A DNA stretch of 64,000 bases from IMG/VR virus record IMGVR_UViG_3300012662_000015, positions 15,987 through 79,986 of that record, one strand, 5' to 3'. A program made the translations under genes and the position numbers. The notes beneath the pieces were generated by a model. The model saw only the letters and a list, made by a program, of their open reading frames with translations. It was not told where the DNA came from and searched no databases. Below are positions 56,186 to 64,000 of this stretch, in pieces. The DNA is from a virus (Duplodnaviria > Caudoviricetes). How positions within the stretch are numbered: the first letter of the stretch is position 1; the number at the start of each line of letters is the position of its first letter.

Positions 56186-56800
56186 TCACTTTTGTTTCTT
56201 TCCGTCATGTTTCATGCGAAGGTAGTCTTCGTAAGACACATTCCTCGGATCGTTGACAACGGCTTCAATATGTTTTTTAGCTTCCTCACACTCACGTGCC
56301 CCAAGAATAGCGTTTCTCTCCTCAACGATAAACTGCCCTAAAGCCGACATGATCACTATCGGGTCAACATTGCCGTAAAACGTACCATATCTCCCCATCT
56401 TGAACCTTCGCAAGAAGAGCATGACTTCCGTCATTTTAAGGTAGCCGTAATCACCGACCATGAGCTGTGCCATCTGCGATATTTGCGGTGCGTTAATCTT
56501 CTTGCTGACACCCGTAAACTCAGATAGGTCTGACAGCTGGTAAATGAGCCATTCTTCGGAAGTTCCAGCTCCGTAGGTATTGTTAGCATCCCACAAGGTA
56601 GGCGCACTGCCGAAATAGCATGCTTCTGTATCGTTCGTAATTACGACCGACTTGTCAACATGATATTGTCGTAGTAAAGCCGTCTTGGTCTTCGGCTTGC
56701 CTACTTCGCAAGTCTTCTTCCGCTTGCTTGGCGAATTGTGCTGCGACTTGGGCATACTCGCTAAGTCGCTGCTGTCTCTCATCTTGCTGTCTTTGCTCAT
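56186..56800 (-). CDS. replication-associated protein (putative helicase-loader partner)
   Basis: Overlaps the initiator 3' end; FLRRFKMGRYGTFYGNVDP motif. Confidence 0.6.
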   Translation of the reverse strand: MSKDSKMRDSSDLASMPKSQHNSPSKRKKTCEVGKPKTKTALLRQYHVDKSVVITNDTEACYFGSAPTLWDANNTYGAGTSEEWLIYQLSDLSEFTGVSKKINAPQISQMAQLMVGDYGYLKMTEVMLFLRRFKMGRYGTFYGNVDPIVIMSALGQFIVEERNAILGARECEEAKKHIEAVVNDPRNVSYEDYLRMKHDGKKQK

Positions 56801-57341
56801 TGCTTGTGCTATTATTGTAATTGTAGTTGTTGAGCTTCCATCGTGCGAGCCTCTTTGGAACCTCGAAGGTGCTTTCCTTCTCGAACCTCATCTTCGTACC
56901 ATTCGGGCTTGTCTCCGTCCAGTAGTCAAAGAACTGCCGTATCATCAACTTGCCGTACTGAGAAAGAAACGGGATTAGCCGCTCGCCAAATTCATGCTTG
57001 CGTTCCTCAAACGTTTGTGTTTGTTTCGTGCGAAAATCGTGCGAACTTCGTGCGAAAATCGTGCGAGAACAGCATGTAACAGATTGATTATTAGCTACAT
57101 CAGTGTGCGAAAATCGTGCGAACTTCGTGCGAGCTTCGTGCGAAGTAGCCTTTTTTAGTAGCCCGTTATCAACTAATTTATCAACCGCATGTCTTGCGAT
57201 TCCTTTTGTTATATTGAACTCGTCTGCAATCTTTTGCAAAGACGTGCAGACGATGCAGTCTTTTGAGGTTCGCTTCACGTACATATAGATGTTTATCTCA
57301 ACCCAAGAGTAAGCCGTAAACATACTATCTGGTATTGTCAT
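56655..57341 (-). CDS. replication initiator protein (lambda O-like architecture)
   Basis: N-terminal HTH, internal iterons, C-terminal FFDYWTE...RFEKE.TFEV..RLARW. Confidence 0.75.
   Translation of the reverse strand: MTIPDSMFTAYSWVEINIYMYVKRTSKDCIVCTSLQKIADEFNITKGIARHAVDKLVDNGLLKKATSHEARTKFARFSHTDVANNQSVTCCSRTIFARSSHDFRTKQTQTFEERKHEFGERLIPFLSQYGKLMIRQFFDYWTETSPNGTKMRFEKESTFEVPKRLARWKLNNYNYNNSTSNEQRQQDERQQRLSEYAQVAAQFAKQAEEDLRSRQAEDQDGFTTTISC
57026..57143. repeat. iteron array, probable replication origin
   Basis: TCGTGCGA at 57026/57037/57048/57059 and (57103)/57114/57125/57136, 11-bp period, AT-rich spacer, inside the initiator gene. Confidence 0.8.
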
Positions 57342-57482
57342 GGCCTTTAGCTTTTATGCTGAAACCCCGCTCAACGCCTTATAGAGTGCGTATCACGGGG
57401 CTTCATCCTTATTTATTCAATTAACATGACTTGCGAGTTTGGGAAGGCTTCAAGAAGGAGCCTCACACCATCCTTTGCCTTG

Positions 57483-57917
57483 TCAGAAAGGCAAGCCATC
57501 GTCCTTCTTGCCTCCTCCTTGGTTAGCGGCCTGCTGAAATGGGTCGCCCCCCGACGCTTGCTGCATCTGATTCATCTGTCCGTTGTTGGCCTGTTGCTGA
57601 GCGGCCAATGGCGACTGTTGCTGGTACTGCTGTTGCTGACCGCCTGGCCGCGCAATGTTCCATACGTTGACATCCGTGAACCAACGGCCATTGTACTCAC
57701 GAGACTTAATGTCGAAACTGACTGTCACTTGCTCGTTGACATTCAGGGCGAACTGGTCTATCTTATCCTGCCCGAACAGAGTGAAGCAAATAGTCTTCGG
57801 ATATTGCTCCTGTGTGGTGAGGATGAACTCCTGTTTGGCCCACTGATTGCCGGAGCCTGAAACGCCTTCTGCTTTTGGGAGTATCTTCGTTACTACTCCT
57901 GTTACCTGTAAATTCAT
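57483..57917 (-). CDS. DUF3127 SSB-like protein
   Basis: W.KQEFIL...YPKTICF.LFG...SFDIKSREYNGRWFTDV; Gln-rich linker; DDGLPF tail. Confidence 0.85.
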   Translation of the reverse strand: MNLQVTGVVTKILPKAEGVSGSGNQWAKQEFILTTQEQYPKTICFTLFGQDKIDQFALNVNEQVTVSFDIKSREYNGRWFTDVNVWNIARPGGQQQQYQQQSPLAAQQQANNGQMNQMQQASGGDPFQQAANQGGGKKDDGLPF

Positions 57918-57936
57918 TGTCGTTTTGCTGTTATTG

Positions 57937-58641
57937 TTATTTGATGATTTCGTCTATCATGTGGTTAGCAAGAACCACACGCTCCTCTAAGAGCTTGATG
58001 TCGCCCATCACATCCTCTCGCTCGATGCTGATCCAGTGTATCGGCTTTGTGAGCCACGGGCAGTAAGCGATGAAATATGCGCCCACGGCACCCGTGCAGC
58101 TCATCTCGGCCAGCACTTGCCAATAGTACTTCTGCTCAACCTCTTTCAGCGAAGGCGCATCATGTATGAACGTGCGGTACTTCATGTAAGTGTTGAGGTT
58201 GGGGCATTTGACTTCAAGCGTGTACTGGCCTTCTTCTCCGCGTCGATAGACAAGTCCGTCAGGGCTTGCCGCAAAGTGCGGGATGATGTCATGCTTGCAC
58301 GACGAAAGCTCGGCATAGACAAGCTCATTGCCGCTGTCGTTGTTCATGGACAGGAAGAGCGACTTGGCCGCTTCCTCTTGCTCAACGCCCCACTGCATGG
58401 CCTTGGTGGTGTAGTTCGTCTGGTCGAGGTAGTCTTGGAAGACATCGTTATCGTTGAGGAAGTCTTGGTTGAAGAGGCGTTCGGCGGCCACCTGCAAGAT
58501 GTAACTCTTTGCGGTGTCGCCAAACTTCTCGTCTCTTCTCCTTCCAGTCTTCATGATGTCAGCGACCTTGCTCCCGCAGATGTTGCCCATGCGTGAACGG
58601 TACCAATCCAAGGAGCGTTGTTCGATGTTGTCGGTGATCAT
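57937..58641 (-). CDS. YqaJ / lambda-exonuclease family recombination nuclease
   Basis: QRSLDWYRSR.G, MQWG...E, ASPDG, LEVKCP, YYWQV. Confidence 0.9.
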   Translation of the reverse strand: MITDNIEQRSLDWYRSRMGNICGSKVADIMKTGRRRDEKFGDTAKSYILQVAAERLFNQDFLNDNDVFQDYLDQTNYTTKAMQWGVEQEEAAKSLFLSMNNDSGNELVYAELSSCKHDIIPHFAASPDGLVYRRGEEGQYTLEVKCPNLNTYMKYRTFIHDAPSLKEVEQKYYWQVLAEMSCTGAVGAYFIAYCPWLTKPIHWISIEREDVMGDIKLLEERVVLANHMIDEIIK

Positions 58642-58644
58642 AGG

Positions 58645-59280
58645 CTAAAAGTATTTCTTTTGAAACTTGCGGCGAAGGTAATTCGCAACTTCTTCTGGAG
58701 TTTTCAAGAACCCCTCATTAATGAGCATGGCAACCTGCTTTTCGAGTTCGAAGTATTCCTTTTGCGTCTCTTCCGTACCATACTCGTTTCTGAGCTGTTG
58801 TTCATGCTTACCTGTCACGATGTAGTTTATCCCTTTCCCAAGAATTGGCATGTAACGTTTCATTTGGTGCGGAGTGCAAATTTTGCTCATGGCAGATGCT
58901 AACTCCTTGTAAGCGTCTCCTGCCTCGTTGCGATATGTCAGCATCTGGTCATAAACAAACCGCAACACTTTCACCTTGAAAGTTGGATTGAGCCACATCG
59001 CAAAGTCGATAAAAAGAAGAGGATGCATCCAAGTACCACCGTTCTTACCTCTCGAAGCCAAATAGGGACTTTTCTCCCCATTTAGATTTTCTTCTTCACA
59101 AAGGGCTTTTATAAATTCTTGCGTAGTCTTGTTGGATAGATAATCCTTCAATTCCTTATTGGAAGAATTTGCGGCGTTCCAAGACTTCAAAAGTTCGGTA
59201 CTATTAAAATACCCGTCCTTTGTCCGCTGTTCAACCGTAAAGTTGGCGAGCGGACGTTTCATTATCTGATTGGTGATCAT
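58645..59280 (-). CDS. KilA-N domain protein
   Basis: QRTKDGYFNSTELLK...GGTWMHPLLFIDFAMWLNPTF. Confidence 0.88.
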   Translation of the reverse strand: MITNQIMKRPLANFTVEQRTKDGYFNSTELLKSWNAANSSNKELKDYLSNKTTQEFIKALCEEENLNGEKSPYLASRGKNGGTWMHPLLFIDFAMWLNPTFKVKVLRFVYDQMLTYRNEAGDAYKELASAMSKICTPHQMKRYMPILGKGINYIVTGKHEQQLRNEYGTEETQKEYFELEKQVAMLINEGFLKTPEEVANYLRRKFQKKYF

Positions 59281-60113
59281 TTCTTCTCTTCCTTCTTAGC
59301 GGCGGCTTCCTGTTTTGTTGCCTCAGCAGCTTTGGCGGCGAGATTTTCCTTCTTCTCGCTTTCGAGGTTGTCAACATACTCAGGAGCGAAAGCGTCTATA
59401 TCCAAGTCTTGGACATCGGAAACATTGGTGTTTACAACCGCTTGGTCGAAGGTGACGGCATTTTGCATCTCAATAGACTTAGGCGCATATTTCAATATAG
59501 ATTTGAGAACCGTCTTTTGCGCCATAGCGTCAAAGTCCGACTTCCATGGCGAGTTATAGCCGTTTCTGTATGCTTGCGAGAACTTCTGTGCATGCGCTTT
59601 CACCTTGTCTATATCCCAATAGGCGACCTTTGTAAAGCCGTTCAGAAGCTCGAACTTGGCCATGTAGCCAATAACTTTGTCAGACTTCTTCTGTTTCTTG
59701 TCGAAAACATAATCTTCATCGAACTCGTCACCTGACACATACTCGCCTTCATGTACAGGTGCGGCAAGAATCTTCTTGAACTGGCCGCTTCTCTGGCATA
59801 ATTGGAGCAGGCCGAGGTAGCCAATTTGAAATTGGGCCTTGCTTCCATAGGGGATGATGTAGCACTGACCAAGCGTTGGGATAACCTGCAACTGCATTGT
59901 TGCCGCAACCATCGCTGCGCCAATGATGCTCATGGGTTCAGCGCGTCGGAGCTGTGGGTTGCCGTTAGCCACACTGATAACCGAGCTCATAAAACTGTTT
60001 GCCATCTGTGGGCTATTCCACACCTCGTTGAGTTTTCCAACCACGGCAGGCGAGTGCATAAGCTCGCCAAGCGACATGCTTGTATTCTGTGTTGTTGTAA
60101 CCTGTGTTGTCAT
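59277..60113 (-). CDS. recT: RecT family single-strand annealing protein
   Basis: LGQCYIIPY, QFQIGYLGLLQL, W..DFDAMAQKTV...PKSIE. Confidence 0.9.
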   Translation of the reverse strand: MTTQVTTTQNTSMSLGELMHSPAVVGKLNEVWNSPQMANSFMSSVISVANGNPQLRRAEPMSIIGAAMVAATMQLQVIPTLGQCYIIPYGSKAQFQIGYLGLLQLCQRSGQFKKILAAPVHEGEYVSGDEFDEDYVFDKKQKKSDKVIGYMAKFELLNGFTKVAYWDIDKVKAHAQKFSQAYRNGYNSPWKSDFDAMAQKTVLKSILKYAPKSIEMQNAVTFDQAVVNTNVSDVQDLDIDAFAPEYVDNLESEKKENLAAKAAEATKQEAAAKKEEKK

Positions 60114-60164
60114 TCTTTCTTTATAGTTTTACTGGATTTGTAGCTAATTTATGCCGGATGTCTG

Positions 60165-60347
60165 TTAAAACTCCGGCCTGTTCTTGAAAGTCAACGTTTC
60201 CCTGTCGAGCTTCCGTCCAACGCCATCGCGGTAATTAAGCCACAAGGCGAACTTTTGCAGTTCGATCGCCTCTTTGCGTGGGATAAAGAGAAGGCAGTCG
60301 TGAAGCTGCCTTAATGATTCAATCTTCTTGTTTTCCATAGGCTTCAC
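60165..60347 (-). CDS. hypothetical protein
   Basis: 60-aa coupled ORF. Confidence 0.45.
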   Translation of the reverse strand: MKPMENKKIESLRQLHDCLLFIPRKEAIELQKFALWLNYRDGVGRKLDRETLTFKNRPEF

Positions 60348-60793
60348 GATTGTTCACGGAGATAAAACTCTTCGATGCCCGTTCCCACGACACCGACGCT
60401 CTCGTAGTCCATCATTGTCCTGCTCATAACGTCATCAATGTATTTGAGGGCTGTGTTGAGCGTCTTCGCCTGAACGAGATAGACGACATTTGAACGCTTC
60501 TCCTTCTCCGTCTTCTCGTCCAAGACAATGAACGACAGCTTTGCCTTGTAGAAGTTCTCGTCGTTGACGTTGTCAGAGAGGAACACCTCCTTGTACTTTG
60601 CGACATTGATGTTCGTCACGTCTACGTCTGTTCCGACGAACTCTTCAAGAGCCTTGCTCTCTGCGTCGCCAAACGATTCCGCTTCAACGGCAATGGTGCG
60701 CTTGACATCTTTCGTTGCGCCATCCTCCTGCGTTTCGGCCATCTTTGCTGTCACCTCATAGAACTTTCCTGTGTGTGATTTTAAGTTTTCCAT
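60344..60793 (-). CDS. DUF4494 family protein
   Basis: VEAESFGDAE...FYKAKLSFI.LDEKT.KEK...YLVQA. Confidence 0.8.
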   Translation of the reverse strand: MENLKSHTGKFYEVTAKMAETQEDGATKDVKRTIAVEAESFGDAESKALEEFVGTDVDVTNINVAKYKEVFLSDNVNDENFYKAKLSFIVLDEKTEKEKRSNVVYLVQAKTLNTALKYIDDVMSRTMMDYESVGVVGTGIEEFYLREQS

Positions 60794-60822
60794 ATTGTTT
60801 GATTTTTTTAGTGAATTAGCGG

Positions 60823-61023
60823 TTAAAGCATCCCGCACGACCATTCCTCTGCGTGGTAATAGTCGCTTGCTATGCCGTGCAGGATTTCTTTCCCCTTCTC
60901 TGTTTCCGCCTCTCTCATGAGGGCGTGGACCTTTCCGAAGTCACGATAGCACTCTTGGCTGCGCGCCCTGTCGATGAGCGCCCTGTCGTGCTCGTTGATG
61001 TCTGGCGCGTCGTTACTCTTCAT
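60823..61023 (-). CDS. hypothetical protein
   Basis: Likely start MKSNDAP; ends YHAEEWSCGML. Confidence 0.55.
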   Translation of the reverse strand: MKSNDAPDINEHDRALIDRARSQECYRDFGKVHALMREAETEKGKEILHGIASDYYHAEEWSCGML

Positions 61024-61138
61024 CTTCGTTGTCTTCATCCTTAACAAGTCCGAGGAAGCGAGCGACACAATCGCCGAGCCATGCTCCGACGATAGCGCAC
61101 ACGAATGTTGTTGCGCAAGCGAATACGATGATAGTCAT
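61013..61138 (-). CDS. 41-aa single-TM protein with acidic tail
   Basis: Hand translation MTIIVFACATTFVCAIVGAWLGDCVARFLGLVKDEDNEDEE. Confidence 0.55.
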   Translation of the reverse strand: MTIIVFACATTFVCAIVGAWLGDCVARFLGLVKDEDNEDEE

Positions 61139-61260
61139 AACTGAAAACGATTAATAGCCCGCTTCCCTGTCAGTGCCCGCGAGGTGAAGTTTACCACCTC
61201 AACGAGCACGACCAAGAAGACTAAGCAAATCAAGTAAATTAGGTAAAAAATTCTCTTCAT
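61135..61260 (-). CDS. 41-aa single-TM protein
   Basis: Hand translation MKRIFYLIYLICLVFLVVLVEVVNFTSRALTGKRAINRFQL; ATGA overlap with the next gene. Confidence 0.55.
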   Translation of the reverse strand: MKRIFYLIYLICLVFLVVLVEVVNFTSRALTGKRAINRFQL

Positions 61261-61264
61261 ATAG

Positions 61265-61387
61265 TGCCGCATCACGGAGTCGAACCGTGTAATGCCCTAA
61301 TACCCGTAAGCGCCTTCTGCGTGAACGAACAAATAACAGAAGTGTATCATAGGCCGGTGCCTATCCGTTTAACACCCTATATGCGGC
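61265..61387 (-). ncRNA. tRNA-like structured RNA, copy A
   Basis: GCCGCAT-ATAG-GGTGT-TAAACGGATAG-GCACC-(61 nt)-CATTA-CACGG-TTCGACT-CCGTG-ATGCGGC-A. Confidence 0.75.
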
Positions 61388-61398
61388 TTTTGGCAGAC

Positions 61399-61510
61399 AA
61401 CACGTGGCGGGGTCGAACCGCCTAATGTGCGAGGTCCCTATGAAACAGTGGAGCATGCGCCACTGCTGTCTAAAACTCCACGCCTATCCGATTAGCGCGC
61501 TATCCGTGTC
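61399..61510 (-). ncRNA. tRNA-like structured RNA, copy B
   Basis: GACACGG-ATAG-CGCGC-TAATCGGATAG-GCGTG-(51 nt)-CATTA-GGCGG-TTCGACC-CCGCC-ACGTGTT. Confidence 0.75.
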
Positions 61511-61521
61511 TGTCTGCCTGC

Positions 61522-61602
61522 CCAGACGGAAGGTGTCGAACCTTCTAATGTCCTACGCGATTTCTCGCTTCGTGCCTATCCGATTAGCACGCTATCGCCT
61601 GG
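61522..61602 (-). ncRNA. tRNA-like structured RNA, copy C
   Basis: CCAGGCG-ATAG-CGTGC-TAATCGGATAG-GCACG-(20 nt incl. GCGA-GAAA-TCGC)-CATTA-GAAGG-TTCGACA-CCTTC-CGTCTGG. Confidence 0.75.
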
Positions 61603-61699
61603 AGTTGAGGGCCGCTGCCCTCTTTGTTTCACAAAAAACAAAAAAAGAAACCATGGAGCGTCTCGCGACGCTGTCCCCAAAAAACATCTTGAGTGTTGC

Positions 61700-61844
61700 G
61701 AGGTTGCACGGATTCGGACCGTGCTCGGTTGTGACCTCCCAGTGACTTGGTACACACGCCACAAATAGACGGAGCAAAACATAGCAAGGCGTGCTCCTCG
61801 TTTGTAGGTCTGTGCGGCTCACCTGTTGCCCGCACCGCAACCCC
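61700..61844 (-). ncRNA. divergent tRNA-like structured RNA, copy D
   Basis: GGGGTTG/CAACCTC closing stem, GTGCGG/CCGCAC hairpin with GG-containing loop, T-like arm CACGG-TCCGAAT-CCGTG. Confidence 0.5.
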
Positions 61845-62118
61845 ATGGGCGAGACGGCTCGCCAAACTTTCAGGGCTACTCCTCACGGAGTGTTCCCCTT
61901 ATCGTCCGCGGGGCTTACGGACAGCCGTCTCGCATTGGACAAAGCGCCCCCTTGAACCAATTTATATAGAACTATGAATAAAAAATCAAAAGAGGTGCGG
62001 GTGAAGGCGTAAAGCCCAAAGCAATAAAAACTCGAATCATTATGTTGTTAACTATTCACTTTTAAACACCTTGCCGTTGTTTAGCCACCCGCACCGTCGG
62101 CCAAGTGTCATGGCAATT

Positions 62119-62274
62119 TCACTTCCTGCACTCGTTGCGTTGCCATCCTGCCGCCCAAATGACAGGGGCTGGGTTGCAGCATCTGAACGATGTGTTGACG
62201 TTGTACAGGGCTGTGTAAAACCCGTCTATCTCGTCTGCCGTGAACGGGCAGTCCTTGTGTATTCTCCTTTTCAT
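62119..62274 (-). CDS. 51-aa hypothetical protein
   Basis: Hand translation MKRRIHKDCPFTADEIDGFYTALYNVNTSFRCCNPAPVIWAAGWQRNECRK. Confidence 0.55.
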   Translation of the reverse strand: MKRRIHKDCPFTADEIDGFYTALYNVNTSFRCCNPAPVIWAAGWQRNECRK

Positions 62275-62369
62275 GTCTGGTCTGGTTTTGCAGAAACAGG
62301 GCGACGGTCTCCGACGCTTTTAATCCGTGGCACCCCTTGCGCTGATGCCGACCGCCGCCCATTGTCTAA

Positions 62370-62377
62370 CAAACTTA
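62370..62377 (-). promoter_or_regulatory. putative -7 element TAAGTTTG
   Basis: TAnnTTTG match 9 nt upstream of the structured leader at 62360. Confidence 0.45.
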
Positions 62378-62600
62378 AACTATCAAATCAACCATGAAGA
62401 GCGTGCCCATGCGCAAGATGAAAGCACGTATGTCTCTAAAAATGGTGCCGCTCCGATACCGAGAGCCACAATCAACCGATTTGGCAGATGGCTGTCACGC
62501 CCTGCCTCTTCGGACCCCAAAAGCCTGCTCCTTCCCAGTGAGCTCGTTCGCGGCACCGTACAAGGTGCAAAAATGGTAAAACACCTTGTGGGATCAAGTC

Positions 62601-63470
62601 TTAAAGTCTTCTTTCGCCTTCCTCTTCGCAGTTTCTCATGAGTTCCAAGACGTTGCTGATGGACTTCTTCTGCTCGCCTGGTGTGCGCCACACGTCATCG
62701 TATTGGTCGAACACCTCGGCAGCGGAACCATACATCGACTCGAAGCTCATCCACTGCTCTTCCACCTGCTGAATGCTCAACTGCAAGTTTTTCTTTTCGA
62801 CCGGGTCGTCGATGTCTATGTCGATAGCTGGTTCAAGCGCGAACTCCGCTTCCATCCACAATTTGAGGACAACATCAAGAGAGAACGGGTGAAACACCTT
62901 GTCGAGGTCGCTTATAGTCATGTTGCATGCCACCTTTCCAGCGCTTCTCAATGCCGACTCATATACCTGGAGGGCAATCTTCAGGCAGGTTGTGGCAGTG
63001 GTGACCCATGAGCAAATATCCGCGTTTTCTATGCCGTGTTGCTCCATGCTCACCCTGAACTTGTTGGCAAGGCACGTGACGAACGTCCTTGACTTCTCGT
63101 ATGTCTTAGCTCCTATCGCTGTCCACAGGTCGTAATAGTCAGCGTCGCTGATGTCGCCAAACGCCTTCCTTGCGGCTGGAGGCAGGTCATTCAGCCTAAA
63201 GAAGTATGGCGGTCCGCCATACAGAAGTGCCCTCTCGTAAGCCTTGTGTGCTTCCACCGCCCGTTTGAAGAGCCACTTGGTTGGCTTGCCGTCTCGTGAG
63301 CGTTTGCGGTACCTCGGGTGCATCTTCGCCTTGTCGAGCGCTTCCAGGCACGCCATCCACGCGGCGTTGTTGGCCACGCCAAGCACGGTCTTAACGAGCG
63401 ACGAGATAGCGTTTGCAAGTTTCTGCAAGTCTTTTTGCCGTTCCGGCGAAATGGTTTGTTCGTTCTTCAT
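62601..63470 (-). CDS. hypothetical protein (helical)
   Basis: Long ORF; likely start MKNEQ. Confidence 0.75.
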   Translation of the reverse strand: MKNEQTISPERQKDLQKLANAISSLVKTVLGVANNAAWMACLEALDKAKMHPRYRKRSRDGKPTKWLFKRAVEAHKAYERALLYGGPPYFFRLNDLPPAARKAFGDISDADYYDLWTAIGAKTYEKSRTFVTCLANKFRVSMEQHGIENADICSWVTTATTCLKIALQVYESALRSAGKVACNMTISDLDKVFHPFSLDVVLKLWMEAEFALEPAIDIDIDDPVEKKNLQLSIQQVEEQWMSFESMYGSAAEVFDQYDDVWRTPGEQKKSISNVLELMRNCEEEGERRL

Positions 63471-63478
63471 TTTCGATG

Positions 63479-63946
63479 TTATTGTATTATTCGGCAATTG
63501 TCAGGCGGGTAGTCTATGATTTTCCACTCGTCCTTCTTGATGTGGATAGCTTCGCGGAATATCATCAACGGGATGCCCGGATGCCTTTTCCTGTTGTGTG
63601 CCACTATCTTTGCGATGATACCCTTTGCCGTGATGCGAAACTCCCTTAGTCCGTGTGTGTATTTGCTTTTCACGTCGCACACGACCAGCTTCCCATCTTC
63701 CCAGAAGATGAAGTCGGGCTTGTAGCTATGGCCACTCACCATCAATCTCCTGTCATATCGAACCTTCGTTTTCAGTTGCCTTGGCACATACATATAGATA
63801 GACTTGAAGATTTGCAGCCTCACTTGTCTGTGGATGCAGCTAACCCTCTTGTCTGCGAGAAGTATCTGATGGTATAGGCACTCTTCTCTGCTGTCGTACT
63901 CCGTGCCGTTGCGGTCGGTGTACTTGTGTTGCATCACTCTTACCAT
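63479..63946 (-). CDS. DUF1064-like PD-(D/E)xK endonuclease
   Basis: YDSREE...Y..L, YKPDF, VCDVKS. Confidence 0.75.
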   Translation of the reverse strand: MVRVMQHKYTDRNGTEYDSREECLYHQILLADKRVSCIHRQVRLQIFKSIYMYVPRQLKTKVRYDRRLMVSGHSYKPDFIFWEDGKLVVCDVKSKYTHGLREFRITAKGIIAKIVAHNRKRHPGIPLMIFREAIHIKKDEWKIIDYPPDNCRIIQ

Positions 63947-64000
63947 GACTTACTCCTTGAAGTGTAGCCTTTGATATTGGCGTTGGGCGAGAAGTTGAGT

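Noticed and set aside
61265-61602. Calling copies A-C ordinary or intron-containing tRNAs
   Set aside because: There is no conserved 5-bp/7-nt anticodon arm, the 4-nt ATAG and CATTA linkers are non-canonical, and there are no group I or BHB intron features.

Overview
A 64-kb stretch of a tailed dsDNA phage genome (siphovirus-like). The host is probably Bacteroidota (Prevotella/Bacteroides-like), inferred from TAnnTTTG promoter motifs and the gene set. No integrase is visible and neither genome end is evident. Layout: (1) 1-3400, small minus-strand accessory genes interspersed with a repeated 12-mer; (2) 3400-4500, an AT-rich divergent control region; (3) 4500-8400, plus-strand genes including a DUF1599/Nmad1-type protein and an SF3/D5-type helicase; (4) 8480-14250, minus-strand packaging genes (MuF-like, portal, and TerL carrying a class-3-type LAGLIDADG intein); (5) 14360-45400, tRNA-Met(CAT), head, neck, tail, tape measure, tail tip, a ~2335-aa adhesin targeted by a diversity-generating retroelement (VR, Avd, TR, RT), and lysis genes; (6) 47400-64000, a minus-strand arm with dUTPase, ThyX-like protein, an iteron-containing replication initiator, DUF3127 SSB-like protein, YqaJ exonuclease, KilA-N and RecT. 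The most unusual observation is at 61265-61850. Three tandem tRNA-like RNAs there share covarying acceptor, D-like and T arms but have no conserved anticodon arm, and a fourth divergent copy follows. Also notable: a DGR reverse transcriptase with SVDD instead of YxDD, and its template repeat lying in frame within the RT ORF. All family assignments come from motif recognition by eye; no database searches were run.
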